From: Patescibacteria group bacterium
Lineage (GTDB): Bacteria > Patescibacteriota > Patescibacteriia > UBA9934 > GWF2-40-263
Length of the DNA stretch: 64,000 nt
Direction of reading: 5' to 3'
NCBI GenBank assembly: GCA_038065075.1
Contig: JBBTRQ010000011.1
Span: forward strand, 5,924 to 69,923
Below are positions 44,580-54,417 of this stretch, piece by piece. A model generated the notes under the pieces. The model was not told where the DNA came from and made no database searches. It worked only from the letters and a program-made list of their open reading frames with translations. Both the position numbers and the translations under genes were made by a program. Position 1 is the first letter of the stretch, and every line of letters begins with the position of its first letter.

Positions 44580-45493
44580 AGGAGTTGTGAGGCGGTTTGC
44601 ATGAGGGAGTTAATCGTTTGGGAAGTCGGGATTCCTATACCTTGAAGCGTTTTTTCAAAAGCCATGACAGCTTGTTCGAGGTTCATTTCTTTTCCATTGA
44701 GGGTTTGTGCGCCGTGCGCTCGCGCGAGTCGCAACAAAGGTGTCTCTGGCGGTTGGTAGATGAGATCGAACACCCAGGTGTCTGGTTGCAGACGGCTCAT
44801 CGTCAAGCTTTCGATCGGGGAAAGGTCTTCTTGTCCGGATCCTTGGAAGCCCATGGTGGTCGCGTTCACGATGATGTCTGCCTGTGTGAGGGTCTCTTCT
44901 TGAATCGGCCATGTGACAACGGTCGTCGGACAAAGCTTCGAGGATTTTTGGGCAAAGACGTTGGCGGTTTCCTGCGTTCGATTCGCTACGAGGAGTGTGC
45001 CTGCAGATCCAAGCGCGCGAGCTAGATAGATCCCAACGGCTTGCCCAGCTCCTCCCAGACCCAGGAGCAGAACGGTCTTTCCCGCGAGGGAACCCACGTG
45101 GGACTCAAGACTTTTGATGGCGGCGGCCCCGTCCGTGTTGGCGCCGACGAGCTTTCCATCTTTGCGGTAGAGGGCATTCACCGCACCGATCAGACGCGCT
45201 TCTTCTTCCATGTCGTCCAGATAGGGGAGGATAGCTTGTTTATGGGGAGTGGTTATCGCGCCGCCGATGAAGCGAGGATCCCGTTTGAGTTCTGCCACGA
45301 TCTCGGACAAATCTTCTGAGTTCACGTCCATAGGATGCATGCGTGCGCTGACCCCGAGTCCTTCAAACGCGGCATTCCACAGTTTCGGTGAGCGTGCCCC
45401 CTGCGATGGTCGAGCGCCTAAAATGGCGGCATACAGCGCCGTGGCGTCCAACAAGAGGGACTCTCGATTTTGTACGCCGGAGAGGTTCATCAT
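44576..45493 (-). CDS. Shikimate/quinate 5-dehydrogenase (AroE) family protein
   Basis: [15 protein letters not shown] (SPxxHN-like substrate motif). Rossmann [19 protein letters not shown]. 305 aa. Confidence 0.75.
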   Translation of the reverse strand: MMNLSGVQNRESLLLDATALYAAILGARPSQGARSPKLWNAAFEGLGVSARMHPMDVNSEDLSEIVAELKRDPRFIGGAITTPHKQAILPYLDDMEEEARLIGAVNALYRKDGKLVGANTDGAAAIKSLESHVGSLAGKTVLLLGLGGAGQAVGIYLARALGSAGTLLVANRTQETANVFAQKSSKLCPTTVVTWPIQEETLTQADIIVNATTMGFQGSGQEDLSPIESLTMSRLQPDTWVFDLIYQPPETPLLRLARAHGAQTLNGKEMNLEQAVMAFEKTLQGIGIPTSQTINSLMQTASQLL

Positions 45494-45494
45494 A

Positions 45495-46568
45495 TTAGAG
45501 AGAACGATTTCCTAAACGAGAAGAACGTACATCCTCATTCACTTCAACCCAGCGATGTTCTTCCGTGCTCTTATAAAGGGCATGGACAATCCGAACACTC
45601 GCCAGCGCATCTTCCGCGCTGATGGGAGGATCGATACGGCCGTCATTGAGTCGGTTGAAAATTTCTTGAAGGAGTGGACCGTGAGAGAGGCCGTAGCCGG
45701 TCGGGACGTCTTGAGAATGTTGGGTGACAACGAGTTCATCACCTTCCTGTGACTCCGTGAATTGCCAGTGCACGATGTTGTTTAAGGCAATGCCGGCGAC
45801 TTGTGCAGATCCATGTTCGGCGACGATAGAGATCGAAGCCTCCTTATCCTCTGGTCGTGCCGCGGTCGTTACTTCAATCGTCCCGAGCCCGCCATTCTGG
45901 AATCGCACAAGCGCGACGGTTGTATCTTCTGCTTCAAGTTGGTTGAGGGCATTTTGTTGCGCGCTCACGACTTCTTGGATCGGACCACAAATCCACTGGA
46001 GGGCATCGATGTGATGGATGGCCTGCTGGCTAATGACGCCTCCGTCCATCGCCCACGTTCCGTGCCATCCATCTTGATAGTAGTCCTGGTAGCGGCACCA
46101 AATGAGTCGGATGCTTCCGAGGATAAGTTTTCCAAATCGTCCGGAATCCACAACCTCTTTGAGGTGAGCGATCGCGGGATTGAATCGATTCTGTTTTACC
46201 GCGGCGTACATGAGCCCCTTCTCTTTCGCTAGGGCGATGTTTTCCATGACTTCTTGCGCGATGAGGCCCACAGGTTTCTCGACGATGACATGCTTCCCAG
46301 CTTCAAGCGCCGCGCGCGCGTGCTGTGCGTGTTTACCTGACTCTGTCAGTACCAGAACAACGCTCACCTCTGGACTGGTGATGACCTCCTGTAGATCGTA
46401 CACCGCTCGAGCGCCCAGTCGCTTGGCCATGGTGTCAGCCTTTTCCTGAACGCGGTCACAGACCATAACAACGTTCACGCCATTCATTCCTCGCTCGAGG
46501 AATTGAGCGATGTGATTCGCGACGCGTCCGCATCCGAGAATACCTATCTGTTGCATAGTTTCAATCAA
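45495..46568 (-). CDS. Gfo/Idh/MocA-family NAD(P)-dependent oxidoreductase
   Basis: IGILGCGRVANHIAQFL (Rossmann), EKPVGLIAQEVMENIALAKEKG (EKP motif), C-terminal alpha/beta domain. Confidence 0.8.
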   Translation of the reverse strand: MIETMQQIGILGCGRVANHIAQFLERGMNGVNVVMVCDRVQEKADTMAKRLGARAVYDLQEVITSPEVSVVLVLTESGKHAQHARAALEAGKHVIVEKPVGLIAQEVMENIALAKEKGLMYAAVKQNRFNPAIAHLKEVVDSGRFGKLILGSIRLIWCRYQDYYQDGWHGTWAMDGGVISQQAIHHIDALQWICGPIQEVVSAQQNALNQLEAEDTTVALVRFQNGGLGTIEVTTAARPEDKEASISIVAEHGSAQVAGIALNNIVHWQFTESQEGDELVVTQHSQDVPTGYGLSHGPLLQEIFNRLNDGRIDPPISAEDALASVRIVHALYKSTEEHRWVEVNEDVRSSRLGNRSL

Positions 46569-46599
46569 GGGGAAGAACCCTTGTTTGCTTCGTCTCGCA

Positions 46600-46640
46600 A
46601 TAAAAAAGCAGGGTTATGTTGCCATAATCCCTGCTTTCGG
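46600..46640 (-). terminator. Rho-independent terminator after the ABC exporter gene
   Basis: On the minus strand: GCAGGGATTAT-ggcaac-ATAACCCTGC followed by TTTTTTATT. Confidence 0.5.
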
Positions 46641-46656
46641 TCAATGAAAACGCTGG

Positions 46657-48438
46657 TTATTCGATCGCGGCCATGCGCGAAAAATAGGAGTCAGGTTTAC
46701 GTAAGAGATCAGCTGGGGCGCCCTCCTCAACAATCTGACCATCGACAATAGCAAGAATACGATCGGCCATGCTGAGGGTGGAGAGTCGATGGGCCACCAT
46801 GATAATCGTTGTTGTTGATCCCTTCATGGACTCAATGACGCGCTTGAGCTGTTCTTGAGAGGCATTGTCCAGGGCGCTCGTTGCTTCATCCAGAATGAGG
46901 ACCTCGGGATGTTTTGCAAGGGCTCGTGCCAGAACAATGCGCTGGCGCTGACCCATGGAGAGGTTGATCCCTTGTTCTCCAACCTGGGCCTCCGATTGTT
47001 CGGGAAGGCGTGACACAAATTCATTTGCCTGAGCGAGATCAATCGCGCGCGCAACGTCTGCGGCCGTAACCGTTGGATCAAAGAAACGAATATTCTCCGT
47101 GATGGTTCCGTTCAGAAGGAAAAGATCCTGGGGGACATATCCCACGTTTTGCCTCCAGGCTTCTCGCGTAATTGTTCGGCTGTCCACGCCATCGACCAGA
47201 AGAGCCCCACGGGTTGGTGTGAGCAAACGAAGGAAGAGATTAATAAGCGTTGTTTTTCCAGATCCAGAGGGGCCGATGATGCCGAGCAACTCTCCCTTCT
47301 TCACAGAAAACGAAAGTCCACGCAGAGCGGCACCATTTTTTGGGTAGGAAAATTCGATCTGCTCGGCACGAATCTCTTTCTCAAAGAGAAACGTGTTCGT
47401 CCCATGATCCGTCGTGACGTGCTCCTGTGCGAGCTTCTGGGACGCGATACTGCTTTCCAGGTGAGGGAGAAGTTCACTCACTTTTTGGAGTTTCCCGAGA
47501 GTTCCTTCAATGTAAGAAAAGATTTGGTGAACGAGGTACACCATGACCGCAAAGACGCTGAATGTGAACCCAGGTTGTCGATACATGATTCCAAAAAGGG
47601 CTAACAAAAAAATGATCACGATGGGTTGGGCAAAAATTGTTCCAAGACCATGAAAGATATACAGCCGTCGCCGAGAGTGTTTCAAGGATTCAAAGAGATG
47701 GTTGGCTTGTTTCGTTAGTTCAGCAGGAACGGCACGTGTTTTAATCGACTTAATCCCAAGGAAAATTTGGTTTACAAAGTGACCAACGCGTTTGTTGTCT
47801 TCTGCAAAGCGACGCGCTGTTTTAGCCGTTTTCCGAAAGATCGGTTTGAACGTAAGAAAAAAGATGGCTCCCGCAATGAGAGCGATGAGGGTAATACGGG
47901 AAGAAATCGAAAAGGCGACAATAGAGTAGATACACAAGTTCGTGAGAGAGAGAATGAGCATGCTTACGACGCGCAGGAGGTTCGTTGCACCTGTGATATC
48001 AAGCGTCAGGGCTTTATCCAAGTATCCCATTTTTTCTCTCGAGAGAAACAGCCAGTCCGCGCCGAGCATCGAACCAAAGAGTCGCTCACGTTCTCGTCGT
48101 TCGTATTCGGAGGTGATTGAGGCACTGACGACCTGAAAGGCAAGCAAGACAAATGCTTTCAGAATGAACAGTCCGCCGATTAGGAAGAAAAGGATCCGCA
48201 AGGAAAGATCGGTCTGGAACAACTCGAAGAGGGAACGGACCGCTTCCATAATCAGACCACTTGTTTCCGGAACGTCTCCCAGAATGAATCCAAGAAATGG
48301 AATGAGGGCATTGATGCCGATTCCTTCCAAGACACCTCCGAGGAATCCAAGAGCAACCAATGCAGACAGCTCCCGTCGATAGGGACGGAACCCTCGGAGG
48401 ATGACGCGGATGAGATGAGGGGTCTTGAGGATGTTCAT
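46657..48438 (-). CDS. ABC exporter (fused TMD-NBD; MsbA/PglK-like lipid-linked glycan flippase candidate)
   Basis: 6-TM domain plus NBD with GPSGSGKTTL, LSMGQRQRIVLARAL, ILDEATSALD. Confidence 0.85.
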   Translation of the reverse strand: MNILKTPHLIRVILRGFRPYRRELSALVALGFLGGVLEGIGINALIPFLGFILGDVPETSGLIMEAVRSLFELFQTDLSLRILFFLIGGLFILKAFVLLAFQVVSASITSEYERRERERLFGSMLGADWLFLSREKMGYLDKALTLDITGATNLLRVVSMLILSLTNLCIYSIVAFSISSRITLIALIAGAIFFLTFKPIFRKTAKTARRFAEDNKRVGHFVNQIFLGIKSIKTRAVPAELTKQANHLFESLKHSRRRLYIFHGLGTIFAQPIVIIFLLALFGIMYRQPGFTFSVFAVMVYLVHQIFSYIEGTLGKLQKVSELLPHLESSIASQKLAQEHVTTDHGTNTFLFEKEIRAEQIEFSYPKNGAALRGLSFSVKKGELLGIIGPSGSGKTTLINLFLRLLTPTRGALLVDGVDSRTITREAWRQNVGYVPQDLFLLNGTITENIRFFDPTVTAADVARAIDLAQANEFVSRLPEQSEAQVGEQGINLSMGQRQRIVLARALAKHPEVLILDEATSALDNASQEQLKRVIESMKGSTTTIIMVAHRLSTLSMADRILAIVDGQIVEEGAPADLLRKPDSYFSRMAAIE

Positions 48439-48439
48439 A

Positions 48440-49520
48440 TTAGACGAGGATGTCTGGAATCGCTGTGAGCGTCGGATGGGGGAGTAAATGTTTCATGAGA
48501 CTCAGGCCCCAAAAGAACAGGACGGTCGCATGGATATCAGGTTCGTTCAACCCTCGAGTGACCCTCGCGCCGTAGTAGTGTCGGTTGGCGGCATCGCGAT
48601 GGAAGGAAAATCCTCCTACCTGTGCATGGTAGTACACCGACCACTCATGCAGGGTTTTCTCGCAGAACGCCTGAATCTCTTTGTGGCGATGCGTGCCTCC
48701 ACACCATTCGTTTGCGTATCGCAGCACGAGAATTTGATTGATCTGATCACAGGCATCATGTTGCGCTTGTGCGGGATTGGTGAGGCACAGATCGATGAGT
48801 GCCTTGGAATCTGGTGCTTGTGCACCGATAAGGGTCAAACCAGACAACACTTTCATCGCCCCGTTCACGCGCTGTCTGGCGCTGGGACTTCCGGTGTACC
48901 ACGATCCGTTTGTTTGTTGAATTCCCGTCAGGAAGGTTTGGATCGTCTGTACGGCTTGCGTGTAAGTGGTCTCGTCGATGGTTCCAGTATTACGCAATAG
49001 AGTAAGAAAGAAGAGCTGGTGACTCAGATGTGATCCAGCGCTCCAAGGATTGGTCCAGTCGAGGCTTGAGAGGTACGACGTCAGCTCATGTGAATCTGTT
49101 GTGACGGACAGGGGAATGAAATCGGGAAGGCGATCGTGAATCCAGAGCGCGGCGTACGCTTGGCGAGTTTCAGCGCGGATATAGTCTTCGTCGATGGAGC
49201 GTGGAAGCTGGCCGCGTTTGAGCGTGCCAAGGAATGTGCGGATGCGTCGTTTGCGCAAGACGAACGGATCGGCAAATGTCCCGTCTGACGATTGGAATGA
49301 AAGGACTCGTTGCGTGGTGTCCGCGATGAGATCTGGGTTCGTTACGCCGAGCAAATGAAACAGCTTGAGCGCAAAAATACTGCCCGCAAGATTTTGGCGG
49401 GTGTGTTCAGAGAAAATGTCACCTGTGAGCGAATAAGAAAAATAGTCAGGAGTAGCTGGATCCTGGAGACGGGAGAGAAACTCCCGCGCGCGCGGCTGTA
49501 TATCGTTGAGCCAATCCATA
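48440..49520 (-). CDS. Prenyltransferase/squalene-cyclase-like (alpha/alpha)6-barrel repeat protein
   Basis: Repeats QSSDGTFADPF, QQTNGSWYTG, QVGGFSF resemble PFTB/SQHop_cyclase Q-x2-DG-x-W/F repeats. The track ORF starts at TTG 49564; the first ATG at ~49520 abuts the upstream stop. Confidence 0.4.
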
Positions 49521-50636
49521 TCAGCGAAGAGGTGTCGTTTCCATGAGAGAAAAGAGTCGCTCAAGATAGTGATCCCATGTCAGATGAGCCAGGATCGTTT
49601 CATGACCTCGACGAGCCATGGTTTGAGCTTCATCAGGGGAGCCGACAATTCTGTCGATGGCATGTGTCAGGGCGTCCGGATCTTCTGGGGGGATAAACAG
49701 AACATTGTCTTGGTCTGTGAGGAAATAGCCGTGTTTGATCGCACCGGTCCGAGTCACAACGACCGGCTTCTCCATTGCCATACATTGTAGCAGGGTTGTT
49801 GTGGCCCCGGAGTAAGAATTGTTGTGAAGAGGTAATACGATGGCGCGTGCATTGGCGATGAAGGAAGGGATGTCTGCGAATGGTACGTCTGTCTTGAGGG
49901 TTATGTTTGGAGGGAGTTCGCTCCAACGGTCACGGAGCTTCTGCGCGTGCGCGGCGCTCGTGATGATAAGGAACGGTTCGCTCCGTCGCTGAGCCACTTC
50001 AACAAGTAAATCAAAATCTCGATGCGGATCAGCACCGATGGAGGTGATGGGTCCTTGCGAGGAAGTAGGACGTGGTTGAAACAGGCTCGTGTCGACACCA
50101 AACGGGAGAAAGTGGACCTTGAGTGAATCGTTGGCGAGAATGTCTTGGAGCCGTTGTGACTCTTCGTAGCCGTAGCACACGATGTGGGAAACTGTTTTTT
50201 GGAAGGCCCATCGGTATAGGCGACGCATGGGAGCACGCATTTTGTCCCAGCGTTCTGGGAGGCCGATGCTCATGTAGAGAATTGGTCGCGATGGAACAAG
50301 ACCGACGGCCATAAGAAGAACGAGGGGGATTCCTACGCGGTCAGCGGTTGAGATGATCAAGTCGGCGCGTGCGAGAGGCTTTCGGAGCGCAAGAATGTGA
50401 AACCAATTTCCTCCAGAACCTCCCATGGCAGACCAAATGTTATTGATCAATCTATCAATAACGTTCTCGATCCTCGTCCGTTTTGATCGATGATACAGAT
50501 CCGCATCGACTGTATGTCCAAAGCGATTCGCCTGGTCCATGCCATACCAGAGTGAAGCCTGTCCTCCATAGCGGTGACCAGGTTGTGCGATCGAGGTGCG
50601 GGACGTGGGATCTGGAAAAAGGTAGAACAATTTCAT
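49521..50636 (-). CDS. Glycosyltransferase (GT-B fold, GT4-like)
   Basis: C-terminal LLQCMAMEKPVVVTRTGAIKHG. 371 aa. Confidence 0.65.
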   Translation of the reverse strand: MKLFYLFPDPTSRTSIAQPGHRYGGQASLWYGMDQANRFGHTVDADLYHRSKRTRIENVIDRLINNIWSAMGGSGGNWFHILALRKPLARADLIISTADRVGIPLVLLMAVGLVPSRPILYMSIGLPERWDKMRAPMRRLYRWAFQKTVSHIVCYGYEESQRLQDILANDSLKVHFLPFGVDTSLFQPRPTSSQGPITSIGADPHRDFDLLVEVAQRRSEPFLIITSAAHAQKLRDRWSELPPNITLKTDVPFADIPSFIANARAIVLPLHNNSYSGATTTLLQCMAMEKPVVVTRTGAIKHGYFLTDQDNVLFIPPEDPDALTHAIDRIVGSPDEAQTMARRGHETILAHLTWDHYLERLFSLMETTPLR

Positions 50637-51274
50637 ACCCGTTTCTTACACACAATCATGTAATGGAAGGGGTTCTCAAAGAGAGGATAGTGTTTGGTGA
50701 TCTCCCAGCCCTGGGCGGGGAAAAGAGCAAGAACATCTTTGAGTCGGTAGCCGCGTTTTCCAATCTCCCAGAAGTGACCGCCCGGACGTGAATCAGGATG
50801 GCGCTTGGGGAACAGGGTAAAACAGCCGATCCATCGAAACTCCTTGATGAACGGGAAGATTTTTATGAGGAGGCGGGGCTTGTATGTTCCCAAGGTGGAG
50901 TAAGGAAGCGTGACAATCAGGTGCTCATTGGAGAGCTTGTGAAAGTCTCGGAGAACCTGCGGGACGTCTTCGTAGGGAATGTGTTCGAGTGTCTGACAGC
51001 ACAGGATGACGTCGACGGGTGCGCGCACGATGCCCAGGAGGGAGCGGACGTCGGCGACGTAGTCTGGGTGTGTCTGAGGATCCATGTCTACGGTTTTGAC
51101 ATCGTAACCCATTTGTCGCAAGACGGATGTGACGATCGTATTTCCGACGCCGACTTCCAGAATCGTTTTGACTCGCGGGAGGCTTGTCACTTCATGGAGT
51201 TGATACCAATAGGAGTTCCACCGTTGTTTGGTGAGGTAGGCCATGGAGGAATAGTTGGGAGCGAGTTGTGTCAT
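50633..51274 (-). CDS. Class I SAM-dependent methyltransferase
   Basis: Motif I ILEVGVGNTIVTSVLRQMGYDVKTVDMDP. Confidence 0.7.
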   Translation of the reverse strand: MTQLAPNYSSMAYLTKQRWNSYWYQLHEVTSLPRVKTILEVGVGNTIVTSVLRQMGYDVKTVDMDPQTHPDYVADVRSLLGIVRAPVDVILCCQTLEHIPYEDVPQVLRDFHKLSNEHLIVTLPYSTLGTYKPRLLIKIFPFIKEFRWIGCFTLFPKRHPDSRPGGHFWEIGKRGYRLKDVLALFPAQGWEITKHYPLFENPFHYMIVCKKRV

Positions 51275-52326
51275 ACGCGGTCGCGGAGTTTGAGCATCGT
51301 GAGAGAAAGGGCTTTTTGAAAACGGTGAAACGTCGTGAACCGGTCACTTGGCCGCGCGGCGAGGATGGGTTTTTTTTGTGCCAGAAGGGTTTCAAAAAGA
51401 CGCAGATAGGCTCCGCACATGGATGGCGCATCGTTTGGATAGGCGCCGAGTTTGTCGGCGAACTGATCATATCGGGTGATGAGCGTCTCAAGTGAGCGCT
51501 CAACGTCAGAGACGTCTTGAAATGGGACGCCGTATCCTTGGCAGTATTCAGGCAGTGCTCCGCTCATGCGGTAGAGCAGGGGCAATCCGCACAGGGCGGC
51601 TTCGATATGGTGCATCCCCGCTGGTTCGTTGAGAGAAGCTGTGATGTAGAGGTCGTGTCGATGGAGTTCTCTCGCCAATTCACTCCCAGATTTCGGGGTG
51701 ATGACCTGGATAGCTTGTAAGGCGGCCTGCGCGGGGACGTTCCCAATATACGAGAACGTGAGACGGTTACCCAATTCGGTGGTGGCTAGGAGGTGATCCA
51801 GATGCATGTAGACATCCCATCCTTTTTTCCAGTTTCCACTCCAGTGGTGAGTGACGAGTCGGATTTTTTGGTCGGTGGGAAGATGATGTCTTTGATAGGA
51901 AAAAACGGAACGATCCGCTCCGTTCAAAATGACAGAAGAGTTTTTTGTAAACGGGTTTTGCTCTCGATGGAGTTGCTCCAACCAAGACGAGATGAAAACC
52001 GTATGATCCATGATGTCATTGGCGGTGGAGAGAAATTGGTTGAGCGTTTTGGTGTCTTTGCGTTCGTCACACTCATTGATTCGATGGACAAGCAGGACAG
52101 AAGGGTTTGTGTGTTGGACGTAACGCATGATCTGGAGCGGACCGAACGCGACTGAACGCAAGGATGTCCGCGGGTCGGTCATAAGCACCAGGTCAAGATC
52201 CGGTTCGCGAAGGTCAAAAAAAACCTCATGGCCATGCTGGCGCAGATGCTGTGTGAGGAGTTTACCGAACTGGTTTCCTCCACCAAAAGCTCCCTCTTGA
52301 AGATTCATCCCGATCGCGATTTTCAT
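51271..52326 (-). CDS. Glycosyltransferase (GT-B fold, family 1/4-like)
   Basis: MKIAIGMNLQEGAFGGGNQFGKLLTQHLRQHGHEV N-terminal GT-B domain. 351 aa. Confidence 0.55.
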   Translation of the reverse strand: MKIAIGMNLQEGAFGGGNQFGKLLTQHLRQHGHEVFFDLREPDLDLVLMTDPRTSLRSVAFGPLQIMRYVQHTNPSVLLVHRINECDERKDTKTLNQFLSTANDIMDHTVFISSWLEQLHREQNPFTKNSSVILNGADRSVFSYQRHHLPTDQKIRLVTHHWSGNWKKGWDVYMHLDHLLATTELGNRLTFSYIGNVPAQAALQAIQVITPKSGSELARELHRHDLYITASLNEPAGMHHIEAALCGLPLLYRMSGALPEYCQGYGVPFQDVSDVERSLETLITRYDQFADKLGAYPNDAPSMCGAYLRLFETLLAQKKPILAARPSDRFTTFHRFQKALSLTMLKLRDRV

Positions 52327-52342
52327 ATGTGGTCACGCGTCC

Positions 52343-53362
52343 CTATGATACCCGATGGAGCTCCGCTTCGACCATCCTTTTTACGAGTTCTGGGAAAGCG
52401 ACAGATGGACGCCATCCTAGAAGTGTTTTGGCCTTTGTGGCGTCGCCTAAAATCGTATCGACTTCCGCCGGTCTGAAATATTGGGGGTCGATGGCCACGA
52501 GGGTTTTTCCCGTGGAGAGATTGAGACCAACTTCGTCGGTTCCTTCGCCCTGCCAGGTGATGTCCATCCCCACAACTCTGAATGCTTCCACGATGAACTC
52601 ACGGACGCTGTGGTTTTCTCCCGTGGCCAGGACAAAGTCATCTGCGAACGTATGTTGGAGGATCATCCACATACCCTTGGCACAGTCTCCCGCGTACCCC
52701 CAATCTCGTTTGGCATCCATGTTCCCGATGAGGAGCGGTTTTGTTCCACCTTTGCCGATCCGAGCAACCGCCATGGCAATTTTCCTTGTCACGAATTCTT
52801 TGCCGCGATGCTCAGACTCGTGATTGAAGAGGATGCCGTTGCTCATGAAGAGGTGATAGGCCTCGCGGTAATTTTTTACCGTCCAGAATCCTGCAAGTTT
52901 GGAAACGCCATAGGGACTGCGCGGGTAAAACGGTGTCAACTCATTTTGCGGAGTCTGCTGGACTTTCCCGTAGAGCTCAGAGGTTGCGGCGAAATAGAAT
53001 CGAGAATGTTTTGAGTATTCCTTGATCGCGTTGACGAAGTTCAACGTCCCCTCGATGTTGGTTTTGTAGGTGAGACTTGGATTGGTGAAACTCGCGCCTA
53101 CGAAACTCTGCGCCGCGAGATGGTAGATCTCGTCGTATTGTCCCTCACGGACGACCGAGTCCACGATCGTGTGATCTGTCACGTCACCCCATTGGATCGT
53201 GATCCGTTTAAGTTCGTCTTCACGCAGGGCATGGAGATTTCCCAGAGAGGCGGCACTGTTGCGTCGAACAAAGCCATGCACCTCGTACCCGAGGTCTAGG
53301 AGCCAACGTGAAAGAAAAAAACCGTCTTGGCCGGTGATTCCCGTGATGAGTGCTTTTTTCAT
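52343..53362 (-). CDS. gmd: GDP-mannose 4,6-dehydratase
   Basis: MKKALITGITGQDGFFLSRWLLDLGYEVHGFVRRNS...ATSELYG...YGVSKLAGFWTVKNYREAYHLFMSNGILFNHESEHRG, the GMD signature. Confidence 0.9.
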   Translation of the reverse strand: MKKALITGITGQDGFFLSRWLLDLGYEVHGFVRRNSAASLGNLHALREDELKRITIQWGDVTDHTIVDSVVREGQYDEIYHLAAQSFVGASFTNPSLTYKTNIEGTLNFVNAIKEYSKHSRFYFAATSELYGKVQQTPQNELTPFYPRSPYGVSKLAGFWTVKNYREAYHLFMSNGILFNHESEHRGKEFVTRKIAMAVARIGKGGTKPLLIGNMDAKRDWGYAGDCAKGMWMILQHTFADDFVLATGENHSVREFIVEAFRVVGMDITWQGEGTDEVGLNLSTGKTLVAIDPQYFRPAEVDTILGDATKAKTLLGWRPSVAFPELVKRMVEAELHRVS

Positions 53363-54417
53363 AGGAGAGGTTTGTAAAGTTCACTCCAGTAACGGTCGAT
53401 CAGAACCTCCCATCCATACGGCTTGACCTCCTCCAAGCCCTGCGTGATCAGATTCTGTCGTAGAGTTGGATTTTCAAAGAGGCGTCTGATAGCGAAAGTC
53501 AGCTTATCACGATCTTCAATATCGGCAAGAAGCGCCGTTTTGTCGTCTTTGGCGACATCTGCGACCATTCCCACACGCGTACTGACAAGGGGTGTACCGG
53601 TTGCCCAGCTTTCGAGTAAGGCGAGCGGGACACCCTCCGTTCGCGAGGAAATCAGGTAGACATCTAACGCCTGGTAGAGCGTGTTTACTTCTTGATAGGC
53701 ATTGAGAAAACGATGCGTGAAGGGAACGTTAGCCTTGGTGAGGCGGGCCTTCACGTATCCACGGGACGGTCCGCTTAAGAGAACATGGACAGGTAGATCT
53801 TTGGCAAGGCGCTCGATGACATCACAAAACACATCCGGCCCCTTGATCAGCTTGGGGTTCATCCCTTCCCCCCAGCCGTCCCCATCTTTTTGAAATGATC
53901 CGATGACGAACGCCTCCGTCGGGATCCCAAGTGATTCTCGTGTCCGTTTTTTTGTTTCAGGTGAGGATGACGAAAAGATGTTGAGATCGATTCCCATGGG
54001 GACCACACGAATTTTGTCTTCGGGGAATCCATGTTGGATCAGCGTTTGTTTGGTCTTCTGTGCCGTGGTGTGCAAGAGGTCGATTCGTGAAGCGACTTCC
54101 TGCATCTGTGTGAGGCGTGGATCATCTTGATTCACGTGGTACCACGTCGCGAGGACGCGATTGGTTTTGTAACGGCGGGGGACAGGAACCGAGTTGAAAT
54201 GGAGGAGCTTGTTTCGCGAGAAATGAAAAAATGGGTTTGCAGAAACACGAGCAAGACCCTTCCTGGCAATTTCAGACGAGAGACTTTTCGAAATTTCACT
54301 CACTACCCAATCGTAACCGTCGGTGATGATTTGGATGTCTTCTTGTTTCCAGAGGTTGGGAATGCTTCTAAGCCATCGGTTGACGTTTCTTGTGATGTAC
54401 TGTGTAAGAACTGTCAT
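53359..54417 (-). CDS. Glycosyltransferase family 4
   Basis: EGVPLALLESWATGTPLVSTRVGMVADV. Confidence 0.75.
   Translation of the reverse strand: MTVLTQYITRNVNRWLRSIPNLWKQEDIQIITDGYDWVVSEISKSLSSEIARKGLARVSANPFFHFSRNKLLHFNSVPVPRRYKTNRVLATWYHVNQDDPRLTQMQEVASRIDLLHTTAQKTKQTLIQHGFPEDKIRVVPMGIDLNIFSSSSPETKKRTRESLGIPTEAFVIGSFQKDGDGWGEGMNPKLIKGPDVFCDVIERLAKDLPVHVLLSGPSRGYVKARLTKANVPFTHRFLNAYQEVNTLYQALDVYLISSRTEGVPLALLESWATGTPLVSTRVGMVADVAKDDKTALLADIEDRDKLTFAIRRLFENPTLRQNLITQGLEEVKPYGWEVLIDRYWSELYKPLL

Noticed and set aside
43653-45493. Annotating 43653..44579 and 44576..45493 simply as aroG/aroE of aromatic amino-acid biosynthesis
   Set aside because: There are no other shikimate genes nearby, the DAH7PS-like protein has an altered phosphate-binding loop, and the pair is embedded among CMP-sugar and glycosyltransferase genes. 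I keep family-level calls without pathway gene symbols.
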